From Gemmatimonadota bacterium (GTDB lineage: Bacteria > Gemmatimonadota > Gemmatimonadetes > Palauibacterales > Palauibacteraceae), in assembly GCA_965116475.1 (NCBI GenBank), contig OZ220691.1:1856001-1920000 (forward strand): a stretch of DNA of 64,000 nt, in the 5' to 3' direction. This document shows positions 31,523-40,290 of this stretch, piece after piece (the first letter of the stretch is position 1; every line of letters begins with the position of its first letter). The notes under the pieces were generated by a model. It saw only the letters and a program-made list of their open reading frames with translations, was not told the origin of the DNA and ran no database searches. The translations under genes were made by a program, and so were the position numbers.

Positions 31523-32317
31523 ATGGCGAACCGATGCTCCATGCTCCGAACAGTCCGCGCCGTGGTCTTTGGGCTCGTGGGGTTCGCGCTTCCGCTCTCG
31601 GCCCAGGATGTACGGCCGATTCCGCTGCCGGACCTGCTGGTTACGGGGCGGAGCATCTGCCCGACCACGCCGGAAGAACTACGGAGTGCCTTCGAGCTCT
31701 ATGAGGCGGTCCTCCCGGCCCTGATGTCGGCATCGTCCACGGCGGACATTCGCAATCTGCAGGTCCGGATGATGAGACCGGGTGTCTCGTTGAGTCGCGG
31801 CGAACGCAGGTTCAACGCGGATTCCATGACGGTCGTCGTTCCCACCTCGGCGGTAACCGCGTCGCCTCCGCACGTCGAGACGTACGGGTACGCGGAAGTG
31901 GATCGGGATGCGGAAGCCACGTTCTATACCCCCGACGGCGCCGCACTGGCGTCTCCGGGGTTCCTGGCCACGCACTGCCTGAACCTCATCGAGGCGGAGG
32001 ACGCAGCCAGCGTGGGGCTGGCTTTCGAGCCGAAGCCGGACCGGACCGTCGTCGACGTTCGAGGCGTCCTCTGGATCGACGCCGAGAGCTTCGCACCGCG
32101 AGAACTGGTTTTCCACTACACGTCCCTGCGGCGATTCCTGCGACGGAATCTGGAGGCGGCGCTGCTGGAGGACGTGCGTTCCCGTGTGCCGAGATGGGCC
32201 TGGGATGCCGTGGCCTTCTACCGGCTTGCCGTCGATGAGTCCCGGTTCGGCGGAGTGCTTCACTTCGAACGCCCGGTGCCCGACCGAGGGGGAATCGACG
32301 CGCGGGCAATGCCGTGA
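31523..32317 (+). CDS. Secreted hypothetical protein, possibly C-terminally truncated
   Basis: GGAG RBS, signal peptide (..LSA/QD), GC3-biased ORF; FLATHC...GLAFEP...DVRGVLW stretch. Confidence 0.55.
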   Translation: MANRCSMLRTVRAVVFGLVGFALPLSAQDVRPIPLPDLLVTGRSICPTTPEELRSAFELYEAVLPALMSASSTADIRNLQVRMMRPGVSLSRGERRFNADSMTVVVPTSAVTASPPHVETYGYAEVDRDAEATFYTPDGAALASPGFLATHCLNLIEAEDAASVGLAFEPKPDRTVVDVRGVLWIDAESFAPRELVFHYTSLRRFLRRNLEAALLEDVRSRVPRWAWDAVAFYRLAVDESRFGGVLHFERPVPDRGGIDARAMP

Positions 32318-32360
32318 TCCGACCGCCGACCAGAGTGCCGGGAAGGCTGGACCGGATCGG

Positions 32361-33203
32361 CTACTGTCTCCCCGTCGCCTGGGCTCTCAGGGCGGCGACA
32401 CGCTCCTCGGTGGGGGGGTGGGTGGTGAAGAGGGATGTGAGACCGCGGCGCCGGCCGGCGAAGGGGTTGACGATCGCGAGTGAGGCGCCGGCCGGGTTCA
32501 CGTCCATCGGGATGCGGCGGGCACCGGATTCCAGGCGCTTGAGGGCGCCGGCCAACCCCATGGGATCGCCCGTGATCTCGCCGCCGGTGCGGTCGGCCTG
32601 AAACTCGTTGCGCCGGCTGATCGCCATCTGGATGATGACGGCGGCGAGCGGGGCGACGATGGCCATGACGAGCATGCCCAGCGGGTTGTCGCCGTCGTCG
32701 CGGCCTCCGCCGAAGATGAAGCCCCAGCGGGCGATCGAGGCGATCATCGCGATGGCGCCCGCCATCGTGGCCGCGACCGTGCCCACGAGCATGTGCCGGT
32801 GCTTGATGTGGGCGAGTTCGTGCGCGATCACGCCGTCGAGTTCACGGGGCGGCAGGGCCCGCAGGATCCCCTGCGTGAAGCAGACCACGGCGTGCTCCGG
32901 GTTGCGGCCCGTGGCGAACGCGTTCGGCTGCGGCTGCGGGGAGACGGCCACGACGGGCGCCGGCAGGCCCGCCCGCTTCCGCAGCCGCTCGACCCGGTCG
33001 TAGAGGTCCGGCGCTTGAGACCGGTCCACGACCTGGGCGCGGTACATGCGCAGGACCACCCGGTCGCTGAACCAGTACATCCCGAAGTTCATGGCTCCCG
33101 ACAGCACCAGGAACAGAACCGCGCCCTGCTGCCCGAACAGCATCTGGCCGGCGAACACCAGCAGAAGCGTCAGTCCCATCATGAGGCCGAAAACTCTGAC
33201 CAT
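32361..33203 (-). CDS. htpX: Zinc metalloprotease HtpX (M48)
   Basis: PNAFATGRNP, HELAH, SRRNEFQAD, FTTHPPTEER. Confidence 0.93.
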   Translation of the reverse strand: MVRVFGLMMGLTLLLVFAGQMLFGQQGAVLFLVLSGAMNFGMYWFSDRVVLRMYRAQVVDRSQAPDLYDRVERLRKRAGLPAPVVAVSPQPQPNAFATGRNPEHAVVCFTQGILRALPPRELDGVIAHELAHIKHRHMLVGTVAATMAGAIAMIASIARWGFIFGGGRDDGDNPLGMLVMAIVAPLAAVIIQMAISRRNEFQADRTGGEITGDPMGLAGALKRLESGARRIPMDVNPAGASLAIVNPFAGRRRGLTSLFTTHPPTEERVAALRAQATGRQ

Positions 33204-33226
33204 CCTGGTTACCCTCTCTATCTCAC

Positions 33227-33268
33227 GTTCCGAGCTGACTCGTCCGTGTTCCGAGCTGACTCGTCCGT
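33227..33268. repeat. Perfect 21-bp tandem direct repeat (GTTCCGAGCTGACTCGTCCGT x2) upstream of htpX
   Basis: Read directly: 33227-33247 equals 33248-33268. Confidence 0.9.
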
Positions 33269-33305
33269 CGCTCGCAGTACTGCTACACCCCAGGCGGCAA
33301 GTGGG

Positions 33306-33977
33306 TCACGCGTCCGCCGCGAGCAGGTCGCAGAAGACGAAACCGTCGCGTTCCACGACCTCGCCGCGCGCGACCGGGATCGGCCGGGGCAGGATCGGGC
33401 CGTCCCAGACGAAGGTATGGAACTCTCCGTTCTCCCCGCACGGATCCACACCCTCCGGAAGATCGGCGACGAAAGACGCGTCGAAAGCGCGACCCGCGAA
33501 GGAGGCGTCCAGCACCGCCGGGTTGACGCACACCGCGATGGCCTCGAACCCGTCCCGGATGAAGATACGCGCGAGCACGGCGGTGGGTTGCTTCCAGATC
33601 GGGAACAGGCACTCCAGCCCGGAGGCGGCGAGCTGTCGTTCGCGGTACTCCCGGAGATCCTCCAGGAAGATGTCCCCGAACGCCACGCGACGGATCCCGT
33701 CCTCGTGGACGCGGTCGAACGCCTCGCCCATGGCGCGTTCGTAGATCTCGTTGGAGGACTGCGGGGGGACGACGACCTCGATCAGCGGGACGCCGATGGC
33801 CGCCGCCTGGTCGCGCACGAGCGCGCGCCGTACGCCGTGCATGCTCACCCGGTCGTAGGCGTCGGTCACCGTCGTGATCAGCGTCTCGACCCGATAGTCT
33901 CCGGACCGCTGGAGCGCGTACAGGGCCAGGGCGCTGTCCTTGCCGCCGCTGAAGCACATCGCGATGCGTTCCCTCAC
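33306..33977 (-). CDS. Dph6/MJ0570-like PP-loop ATP pyrophosphatase (diphthine-ammonia ligase family)
   Basis: SGGKDS PP-loop, SMHGVR, FGDIFL, DPCGENGEFHTFV. Confidence 0.88.
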   Translation of the reverse strand: MRERIAMCFSGGKDSALALYALQRSGDYRVETLITTVTDAYDRVSMHGVRRALVRDQAAAIGVPLIEVVVPPQSSNEIYERAMGEAFDRVHEDGIRRVAFGDIFLEDLREYRERQLAASGLECLFPIWKQPTAVLARIFIRDGFEAIAVCVNPAVLDASFAGRAFDASFVADLPEGVDPCGENGEFHTFVWDGPILPRPIPVARGEVVERDGFVFCDLLAADA

Positions 33978-34008
33978 CCGGCGGTCACTCCAGCGCCTGC
34001 TCCGGCGC

Positions 34009-35589
34009 TCACTCCAGAACCGTGGCCTGGAACGCTCCCGTGAGGACGCGGCCGTCGCGCTTCACCTGAACCCAGATCGTGTACTCGCCCGGCTGGGGGA
34101 ACGCGAACGGAAACTCGACGACGCCGGTGGGGGCGTCCGTCCCGCCGCCCGCCATCGGCGATCCGTCCGGCGCGAGCACCGAGAGCGATCCCATCGAGAT
34201 CGTGCCCGCGGGATGCAGGTGGACGAACACGGCGCCGTCGTCCCGCGTGAGCGCGGCGTGGCTGAGCATCCCCATGTAGGGCTCCAGTTCGGCCGGCTTC
34301 TCGTCGGGGTCCCAGAGCCTGAATGCGAGGACGGTCTCCTCGTCGACACGAAGTTCCTGGTTCCCCTGCCATTCGAGGATCGAACCGTCGTCCAGCCGTG
34401 CCTCCGAACCCGGCCCGGAGAGCGCGACCGGAACGCCCGTCCATGCCGAGTCGTCCGGGTCGCCTTGCAGGCCCGCCGGTTCGCGCGGCCGCAAGGCCTG
34501 GGCCTCGGGGGGCGCGACGCCCTCCTCGGGGGCCGCCGCCGAAATCGCCAGCGCCGCCGGGTCGACGATCACCGTGTCGACGACCGTCTGCGCGAAACCG
34601 GACTCCTGGACGATGTCGCCGTAGATGCGGTACTCGCCCGCCGGCAGGTCCGGCCACGGGACGCGGAACGTGGACGAGTCCACGGGAACGGGGTGTATGT
34701 GGGCGAACGCGTCCATGCCCGGCGCGCCGACCACGAACAGGTGCATGAGCTTGCCGTGGTCCGGCACCAGCGGGCTCCAGTTGCGGCCCCGCCAGGCGGG
34801 ATCGATAATCGCGATCTCCAGAGCGGGCCTCCCCCCATCGCGCACGAGCGCGCCCTCGACGGCGAGACGCTCGAAGATCCCGCTGCGAACGTCCCGGTCG
34901 ACCGACTCCCACCACGCGTTCCCCAGGTAGAGGAGACCCGCGACGCCGACGGCCGTGAAGGCCATGGCGATCCGGGCGCGGCGACGCCGTTTCGGGCCCG
35001 CCTCCTCGCCCGCCGGGATCTGGCTCTCGCGCACCGCGGCCCCCGTGATGGAGACCACGCCGGCGACGAGCAGAAGCCCCAACGCGGCCAGGATCCAGCC
35101 CAGCCCCGGCGGCAGGTCGCGCACGCCGAGCATGACCGAGGTCACCGGGACCGAGACCTCGCCGCTCCCCCGACTCCCCTCCACGGCGATCTCGATCCGG
35201 TAGGCGCCCACCGTCATGAGCCACAGTTCGGCGGCGTACAGTTCCGGATCGCCCGCCACGGGGACGGCCACGTCGGGGGGCGGCGCTCCGCCTTCCGGGG
35301 CCGCGTCCCAGCGCACGGGGCGCACGGTCACGCGCTCCGCCCCGCCGCCCGACACGCGGACGGAGATCTCCGCCAGCCCCGGGATGACCTCGGGGGGACG
35401 GATGACGACGGACACGGGATAGGGGCCCGCCTCGCCCGAGAAGAACACGTTGTTGCTCCCGACGTGCCCCGTCGCCACGACGTACAGCCCGACGACGAAC
35501 GCCGCCGCGCGCGTCAGCCGGGCGACCCGGCCGCGCGTCCCTCGGACGGTCTGGCCGCGCGTCAGTCGGGTAGCCCGGCCGGGTCTCAC
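34009..35589 (-). CDS. His/Met-rich membrane-anchored putative copper-binding protein with PmoB-like topology
   Basis: GTG 35589 overlaps the upstream TGA; signal-like segment then HVGS; two central TM helices; C-terminal HGKLMHLF/FAHIHP and YMGMLSHA/FVHLHP repeats. Confidence 0.65.
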   Translation of the reverse strand: MRPGRATRLTRGQTVRGTRGRVARLTRAAAFVVGLYVVATGHVGSNNVFFSGEAGPYPVSVVIRPPEVIPGLAEISVRVSGGGAERVTVRPVRWDAAPEGGAPPPDVAVPVAGDPELYAAELWLMTVGAYRIEIAVEGSRGSGEVSVPVTSVMLGVRDLPPGLGWILAALGLLLVAGVVSITGAAVRESQIPAGEEAGPKRRRRARIAMAFTAVGVAGLLYLGNAWWESVDRDVRSGIFERLAVEGALVRDGGRPALEIAIIDPAWRGRNWSPLVPDHGKLMHLFVVGAPGMDAFAHIHPVPVDSSTFRVPWPDLPAGEYRIYGDIVQESGFAQTVVDTVIVDPAALAISAAAPEEGVAPPEAQALRPREPAGLQGDPDDSAWTGVPVALSGPGSEARLDDGSILEWQGNQELRVDEETVLAFRLWDPDEKPAELEPYMGMLSHAALTRDDGAVFVHLHPAGTISMGSLSVLAPDGSPMAGGGTDAPTGVVEFPFAFPQPGEYTIWVQVKRDGRVLTGAFQATVLE

Positions 35590-36806
35590 CGGCGGACGCG
35601 CAGCCACCAGTTCCCCAGCCACAGCCCCGAGCGGGCCGAGACGAACGCGATCGGCAGCGCCCACCACGCCGCGGACAGGAAGCGCGAAGCCGAGAACTCG
35701 CCCCCAAGGAACTGGCCGCCGTGCCAGAACACGTTCTCCCAGTTGCCGGGCGCCGCCGTGTAGCCCCACGTGTTGCCCTGGAAGAAGTAGTTCCGCGCCC
35801 CGTCCGACAGCATGAAATCGGCGAACACCCACTGGATGACGCCGAAGACGCCCACGAAGGCGACGCCGCCCACGGCCGCGATCCGCCAATCCGCCGAGGC
35901 CCGCTCGGGCGCCTCTCCCGGCGCCGAATGCCGCCGCAGCAGGAGGTCGATCACGATCGCCGGCGCGAACAGGAGGAGCGGGAACTCGGGCGCCACCATG
36001 TGGGTGACCGGGCGCAGGATCGGCGCCAGCATCGGCTCCGCCGGGAAGAGCGGCAGCACCCACATCATCGCCAGCGAGATCCCCGTGTAGATCAGCGTCG
36101 CGCACGTCGCGGGCCAGCGCATCTGCCCGGCCCGCCCGATGGCGAAGAGGAGGACGGGGAAGAGCCCCGCCATGATGAGGTGGAACGTGGCCCCGTGCAT
36201 CTGGTTCGGGAACGTGTACTCCATGAGCAGCACGGAGAGCGACAGGATCAGCATCGCGGCGCTGAACACGTACGCCCACGCGAGCTTGCGCCGGCCCGTC
36301 TCCGAGGCGCGGTTGTGCCACGACAGCGCCATCAGGAGGGCGCCGACCTGGATTGCATAGATTCCAAGCGCGAGGACGACATGGGGCGGGCTCAGGATCT
36401 CGACGTCGAGCCCGTACGCGTTGTGCCACCAGTCGTCGAGCGGCGCGGACGCGAGCATGGCGATCGCGCCCCAGATCGCCACCCATGCCCCGAGCGGCGC
36501 CCGGAACCCCCACAACCGCACGGAACGCCCCACTTCCCCGTCCGTCCCGGAGAACGTCGTCTTGAGCGCGAGCCACCCGCATGACAGCCCCGCCGCCAGC
36601 CCGCCCGCGTAGACCAGCAGGTGGGCCGGCGTGAAGAGCGTGTCGCGCCCGATCGTCCGGTGCCACGAGATATCCCACGTGATGCCCACGATCACCGCCG
36701 CCGAGGCGAACAGGACCGCGCTCAGATACCACGGGATGCTGTCCGCCGACTCCGCCGCGCCCTCGCGCTCCGTGAAGACCGAAGCCGGTGCTACCGTCGA
36801 TTCCAT
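35586..36806 (-). CDS. Polytopic membrane protein with two PmoC/AmoC-type metal-binding motifs
   Basis: WDISWHRTIGRDTLFTPAH and LDDWWHNAYGLDVEILSPPH; many TM helices; start taken at ATG 36806. Confidence 0.7.
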   Translation of the reverse strand: MESTVAPASVFTEREGAAESADSIPWYLSAVLFASAAVIVGITWDISWHRTIGRDTLFTPAHLLVYAGGLAAGLSCGWLALKTTFSGTDGEVGRSVRLWGFRAPLGAWVAIWGAIAMLASAPLDDWWHNAYGLDVEILSPPHVVLALGIYAIQVGALLMALSWHNRASETGRRKLAWAYVFSAAMLILSLSVLLMEYTFPNQMHGATFHLIMAGLFPVLLFAIGRAGQMRWPATCATLIYTGISLAMMWVLPLFPAEPMLAPILRPVTHMVAPEFPLLLFAPAIVIDLLLRRHSAPGEAPERASADWRIAAVGGVAFVGVFGVIQWVFADFMLSDGARNYFFQGNTWGYTAAPGNWENVFWHGGQFLGGEFSASRFLSAAWWALPIAFVSARSGLWLGNWWLRVRR

Positions 36807-36948
36807 TGCGTTCCCCTGCTGCGTTCCCCTGCGTTCCCCCGAGTTCCGTCCAACCGCAGCCAGTTGCTCAATGAGCCGCGGGCTATCGACACACCCGATC
36901 CACCGCCCGAAGATAGGTCTGGTTCCATCGAAATGCAGGAGATTCAAC

Positions 36949-38427
36949 GTGAGATCACCCAGATTCCGCCGTGTCCGCCCGGTTGCCGCCCTCGCCCTCG
37001 GGGTCGCCGCCTGCTCCGCGCCGGACCCGACGTCGGACCCGGCATCGGATCCCGCTGCCCCGGATGCGTCCGATTCGTCCCCTGCCTCCCTGGCGCCGGA
37101 CCAGGTCGACGCGATTCACGAGCTCGCGGCCGCCCCCATCGAGGCCGGTCGGACCGCCGGCATGTCGATCGCGGTCGTGCGCGGGACGGACACCCTCCTG
37201 ATCGAGGAGTTCGGTCACGCCGACCTCGAACTCGGCGTGCTGACGCCGCCGGACGCCGTCTACGAGGTCGGGTCCGTGACCAAGCAGTTCACGGCCGCGG
37301 CCGTCCTCCTCCTGCACGAGGAAGGGAAGCTCTCCCTCGACGACCCGCTCACGAGGTGGCTGCCCGATTACCCGGTCGGGGACCGGACCGTCACCGTCCG
37401 CCGACTCCTGGACCACACCTCGGGCATCAAGGGCTACACCGAGATGGAGCACCTGTGGGTCGAACTCGCGCCCCTCGACCTGCCGCGGGACACGCTCGTC
37501 ACCCTCTTCGCCGCCGAGCCGTTCGAGTTCGAGCCCGGCACCGCGATGACCTACAACAACTCGGCGTACTTCCTCGCCGGACTCGTCATCGAGGCGGCGA
37601 GCGGCATGAGCTACGAGGACTTCGTCGAGGAGCGCCTCTTCGGACCGGCCGGGATGGAGAACTCCCGCTACTGCCACAAGGACGAACTCACCCCGAATCG
37701 AGCGAAGGGGTATGAGCCGCGCGAGGACGGGCTGCACCCGGCGCCCTACCTGGACCATCAGTGGCCCTACGCCGCGGGATCGCTCTGCTCCACGGTGCGC
37801 GACCTCGTCGCCTGGAACCAGGCCCTCCACGGAGACGGCGCGGGCGGCGAGATCCTGAGTCCGGAGAGCTACCGGCTGATGATCACGCCGGAGCCCCTGC
37901 TCGACGGGACGGAGCTGCGCTACGCGAAGGGTCTCGCGGTCACGGATCGGGGCGGAACCCCGCGGATCGGACACGGAGGGGGGATCTTCGGCTACGTCTC
38001 CGACCTCCGCTACGTCCCGTCCGAGGATCTGTCCATCGCGGTACTCATCAACACGGCCGGAGGCGCCTCGTCCGGCGGGATCGCCGGCCAGATCGAGAAC
38101 GTGGTGCTCGGGGAGCCGGCAGAGCGCGCCGCGGCGCCCTTTGAAGGCGATCCCTCGCCCTACGCGGGCCGCTACGAAGGCCCGGCCCGTGGCCAGCGCA
38201 TCACCGCGACGGTGGCCGCCGAGGACGGACAACTGACGGTCAACACGGGGGTCGGCGAGCCGGCCACCCTCTCGTGGCTGGGCGGCGATGACTTCGCCGA
38301 TGGGCGGACCCGCTACCGCTTCATACGGGACGGAGATTCCGGAGCCGCCGGAGCCGTGGCCCCGTTCGATGAGCTTCGGATGGATGTCGTATCGGGACAC
38401 TTCGTCCTGCGGAGGATGACCCCATGA
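36949..38427 (+). CDS. Serine hydrolase (class C beta-lactamase / D-aminopeptidase-like) lipoprotein
   Basis: AGGAG RBS plus GTG, VAAC lipobox, SVTK, YNN, HGG motifs. Confidence 0.85.
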   Translation: MRSPRFRRVRPVAALALGVAACSAPDPTSDPASDPAAPDASDSSPASLAPDQVDAIHELAAAPIEAGRTAGMSIAVVRGTDTLLIEEFGHADLELGVLTPPDAVYEVGSVTKQFTAAAVLLLHEEGKLSLDDPLTRWLPDYPVGDRTVTVRRLLDHTSGIKGYTEMEHLWVELAPLDLPRDTLVTLFAAEPFEFEPGTAMTYNNSAYFLAGLVIEAASGMSYEDFVEERLFGPAGMENSRYCHKDELTPNRAKGYEPREDGLHPAPYLDHQWPYAAGSLCSTVRDLVAWNQALHGDGAGGEILSPESYRLMITPEPLLDGTELRYAKGLAVTDRGGTPRIGHGGGIFGYVSDLRYVPSEDLSIAVLINTAGGASSGGIAGQIENVVLGEPAERAAAPFEGDPSPYAGRYEGPARGQRITATVAAEDGQLTVNTGVGEPATLSWLGGDDFADGRTRYRFIRDGDSGAAGAVAPFDELRMDVVSGHFVLRRMTP

Positions 38428-40271
38428 CCGCGTATCGAACCGTCGCCCGCCCCGCTCGCGGTGCTCCCGTCGCCCTCGTCGCCTCCCTCGCGGGGCCGGT
38501 CGTCGTACTCGCCGGGCTCGTCACGGCGCCCGCCCGCCCCGCCGCGGCCCAGGATCTGGGTCCGCTCGTCGGGACGCAGACGAGCGAACTCGCGGCCGTC
38601 GTGGAGCGCTACAGCACCGACCGGTCGGCGCTGGGGCGGCGCTGGAACGTCTCCTACTCGCCCGAGCGCAACGCGCGCTTCCGCGACTTCTTCTCGGACT
38701 GGCGGCGCCGGGTGGGGGCGCTCGACTTCGAGGCGCTGAGCCTGGAGGGGCGCGTGGATTACGTCCTCCTCCTCAACGAACTGCGCTATCGGCTCGACCT
38801 CCTGACGCGCGAGGCGGGGCTCGCCGCCGAGATGGACGGATTCATCTCCTTCACCTCGCTCATCGTGGATCTGGAGGAGCGCCGGCGGCGCCGGGAGCCG
38901 GTGGAGTCGGAGTCCGCCGCGGCCCGTCTCGCGGAGCTTCCCGCCGAGATCGAAACCACCCGCGCGGAGGTCGAGGCCCGGCTCGAGGGAGGGGAAGATG
39001 TGTCCCGGATCGTCGCGCTCCGGGCGGTCACGGCGCTGGCCGAGCGCACGCGTCTCCTCGAGGACTGGTACGAGCACTACGCCGGCTACGATCCCGTCTT
39101 CACCTGGTGGAACGAGGACCCGTACGCCCGCGCGAAGGCCGCCCTCGACGGCTACGCGACCTTCCTGCGCGAGTCGGTGATCGGCTACCGGGCGGGCGAG
39201 GACGAACCGATCGTCGGCGACCCGATCGGGGCGGAGGGTCTCGCCGCGGACCTGCGCCACGAGATGATCCCGTACACGCCCGAGGAGTTGATCGCGATCG
39301 CGGAGCGGGAATACGCCTGGTGCGAGGCGCGGATGATCGAGGCCTCGCGCGAACTCGGCTACGGGGACGACTGGCGGGCGGCGCTCGAATACGTGAAAAC
39401 GCTGCACCGTGACCCCGGCGACCAGCCGCAGATGATCCGGGAACTCGCCGATGAGGCGCTCGCCTTCGTCACCGAGCGCGACCTCGTCACCGTTCCCCCG
39501 CTCGCCGACGAGATCTGGCGCGTCGAGATGATGTCCCCGGAGCGCCAGAAGGTGTCGCCCTTCTTCCTCGGCGGGGAGGTGATCCAGGTCTCCTTCCCCA
39601 CGGACGGGATGGAGCACGAGTACAAGCTCATGAGCATGCGGGGGAACAACGAACATTTCTCCCGCGCCACCGTGCACCACGAACTCATCCCCGGACACCA
39701 CCTGCAGGGGTTCATGACGAGCCGCTTCAACTCGCATCGCGGCGCCTTCTCGACGCCGTTCTGGGGCGAGGGGTGGGCGCTCTACTGGGAGATGCTGCTC
39801 TGGGATCTCGGCTTCCCGTCGACCCCCGAGGACCGGATCGGCATGCTGTTCTGGCGCATGCACCGCACGGCCCGGATCATCTTCTCCCTCTCCTTCCACC
39901 TCGAGCGCATGACCCCGCAGGAGGCGATCGACTTCCTCGTGGAGCGGGTGGGGCACGAGCGGGCGAACGCGGAGGCGGAGGTGCGGCGGAGCTTCAACGG
40001 CTCCTACTCGCCGCTCTACCAGGTGGCCTACATGATCGGCGGGCTGCAGTTCCGGGCCCTCCACGAACAACTCGTGCAGTCGGGGGAGATGACGAACCGC
40101 GCCTTCCACGACACGATCCTCAGGGGCGGCCGGATGCCGGTCGAGATGGTGCGCGCGCGCCTGCTCGGCGAGGCGCCGCCGGAGGATTTCGAGTCGGAGT
40201 GGCGGTTCGAGGGCGACCCGCTGCGCCGCACGACCTCCGAGGAGCCGGCCTCGCCGGAGACCGCACACTGA
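38424..40271 (+). CDS. DUF885 family secreted protein (putative metallopeptidase)
   Basis: HHELIPGHHLQ, EGWALYWE, AEVRR, Y..G..Q motifs; overlaps the upstream stop. Confidence 0.82.
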   Translation: MTAYRTVARPARGAPVALVASLAGPVVVLAGLVTAPARPAAAQDLGPLVGTQTSELAAVVERYSTDRSALGRRWNVSYSPERNARFRDFFSDWRRRVGALDFEALSLEGRVDYVLLLNELRYRLDLLTREAGLAAEMDGFISFTSLIVDLEERRRRREPVESESAAARLAELPAEIETTRAEVEARLEGGEDVSRIVALRAVTALAERTRLLEDWYEHYAGYDPVFTWWNEDPYARAKAALDGYATFLRESVIGYRAGEDEPIVGDPIGAEGLAADLRHEMIPYTPEELIAIAEREYAWCEARMIEASRELGYGDDWRAALEYVKTLHRDPGDQPQMIRELADEALAFVTERDLVTVPPLADEIWRVEMMSPERQKVSPFFLGGEVIQVSFPTDGMEHEYKLMSMRGNNEHFSRATVHHELIPGHHLQGFMTSRFNSHRGAFSTPFWGEGWALYWEMLLWDLGFPSTPEDRIGMLFWRMHRTARIIFSLSFHLERMTPQEAIDFLVERVGHERANAEAEVRRSFNGSYSPLYQVAYMIGGLQFRALHEQLVQSGEMTNRAFHDTILRGGRMPVEMVRARLLGEAPPEDFESEWRFEGDPLRRTTSEEPASPETAH

Positions 40272-40290
40272 CGCGCTGAAAGGACGACCC

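Noticed and set aside
34009..36806. Calling this bona fide pmoCAB/amoCAB (methane or ammonia oxidation)
   Set aside because: Only motif-level similarity; no separate pmoA, no PmoB HxH in domain 1, and no methanotrophy or nitrification genes in the window.
36806..36842. GCGTTCCCC repeated three times upstream of the PmoC-like gene
   Set aside because: Short and irregularly spaced; could be slippage, so it is not supportable as an operator.
36949..38427. Antibiotic-resistance beta-lactamases (also 62327-63460)
   Set aside because: The third motif is HGG or GRG rather than KTG; these are general serine hydrolases and resistance cannot be supported.
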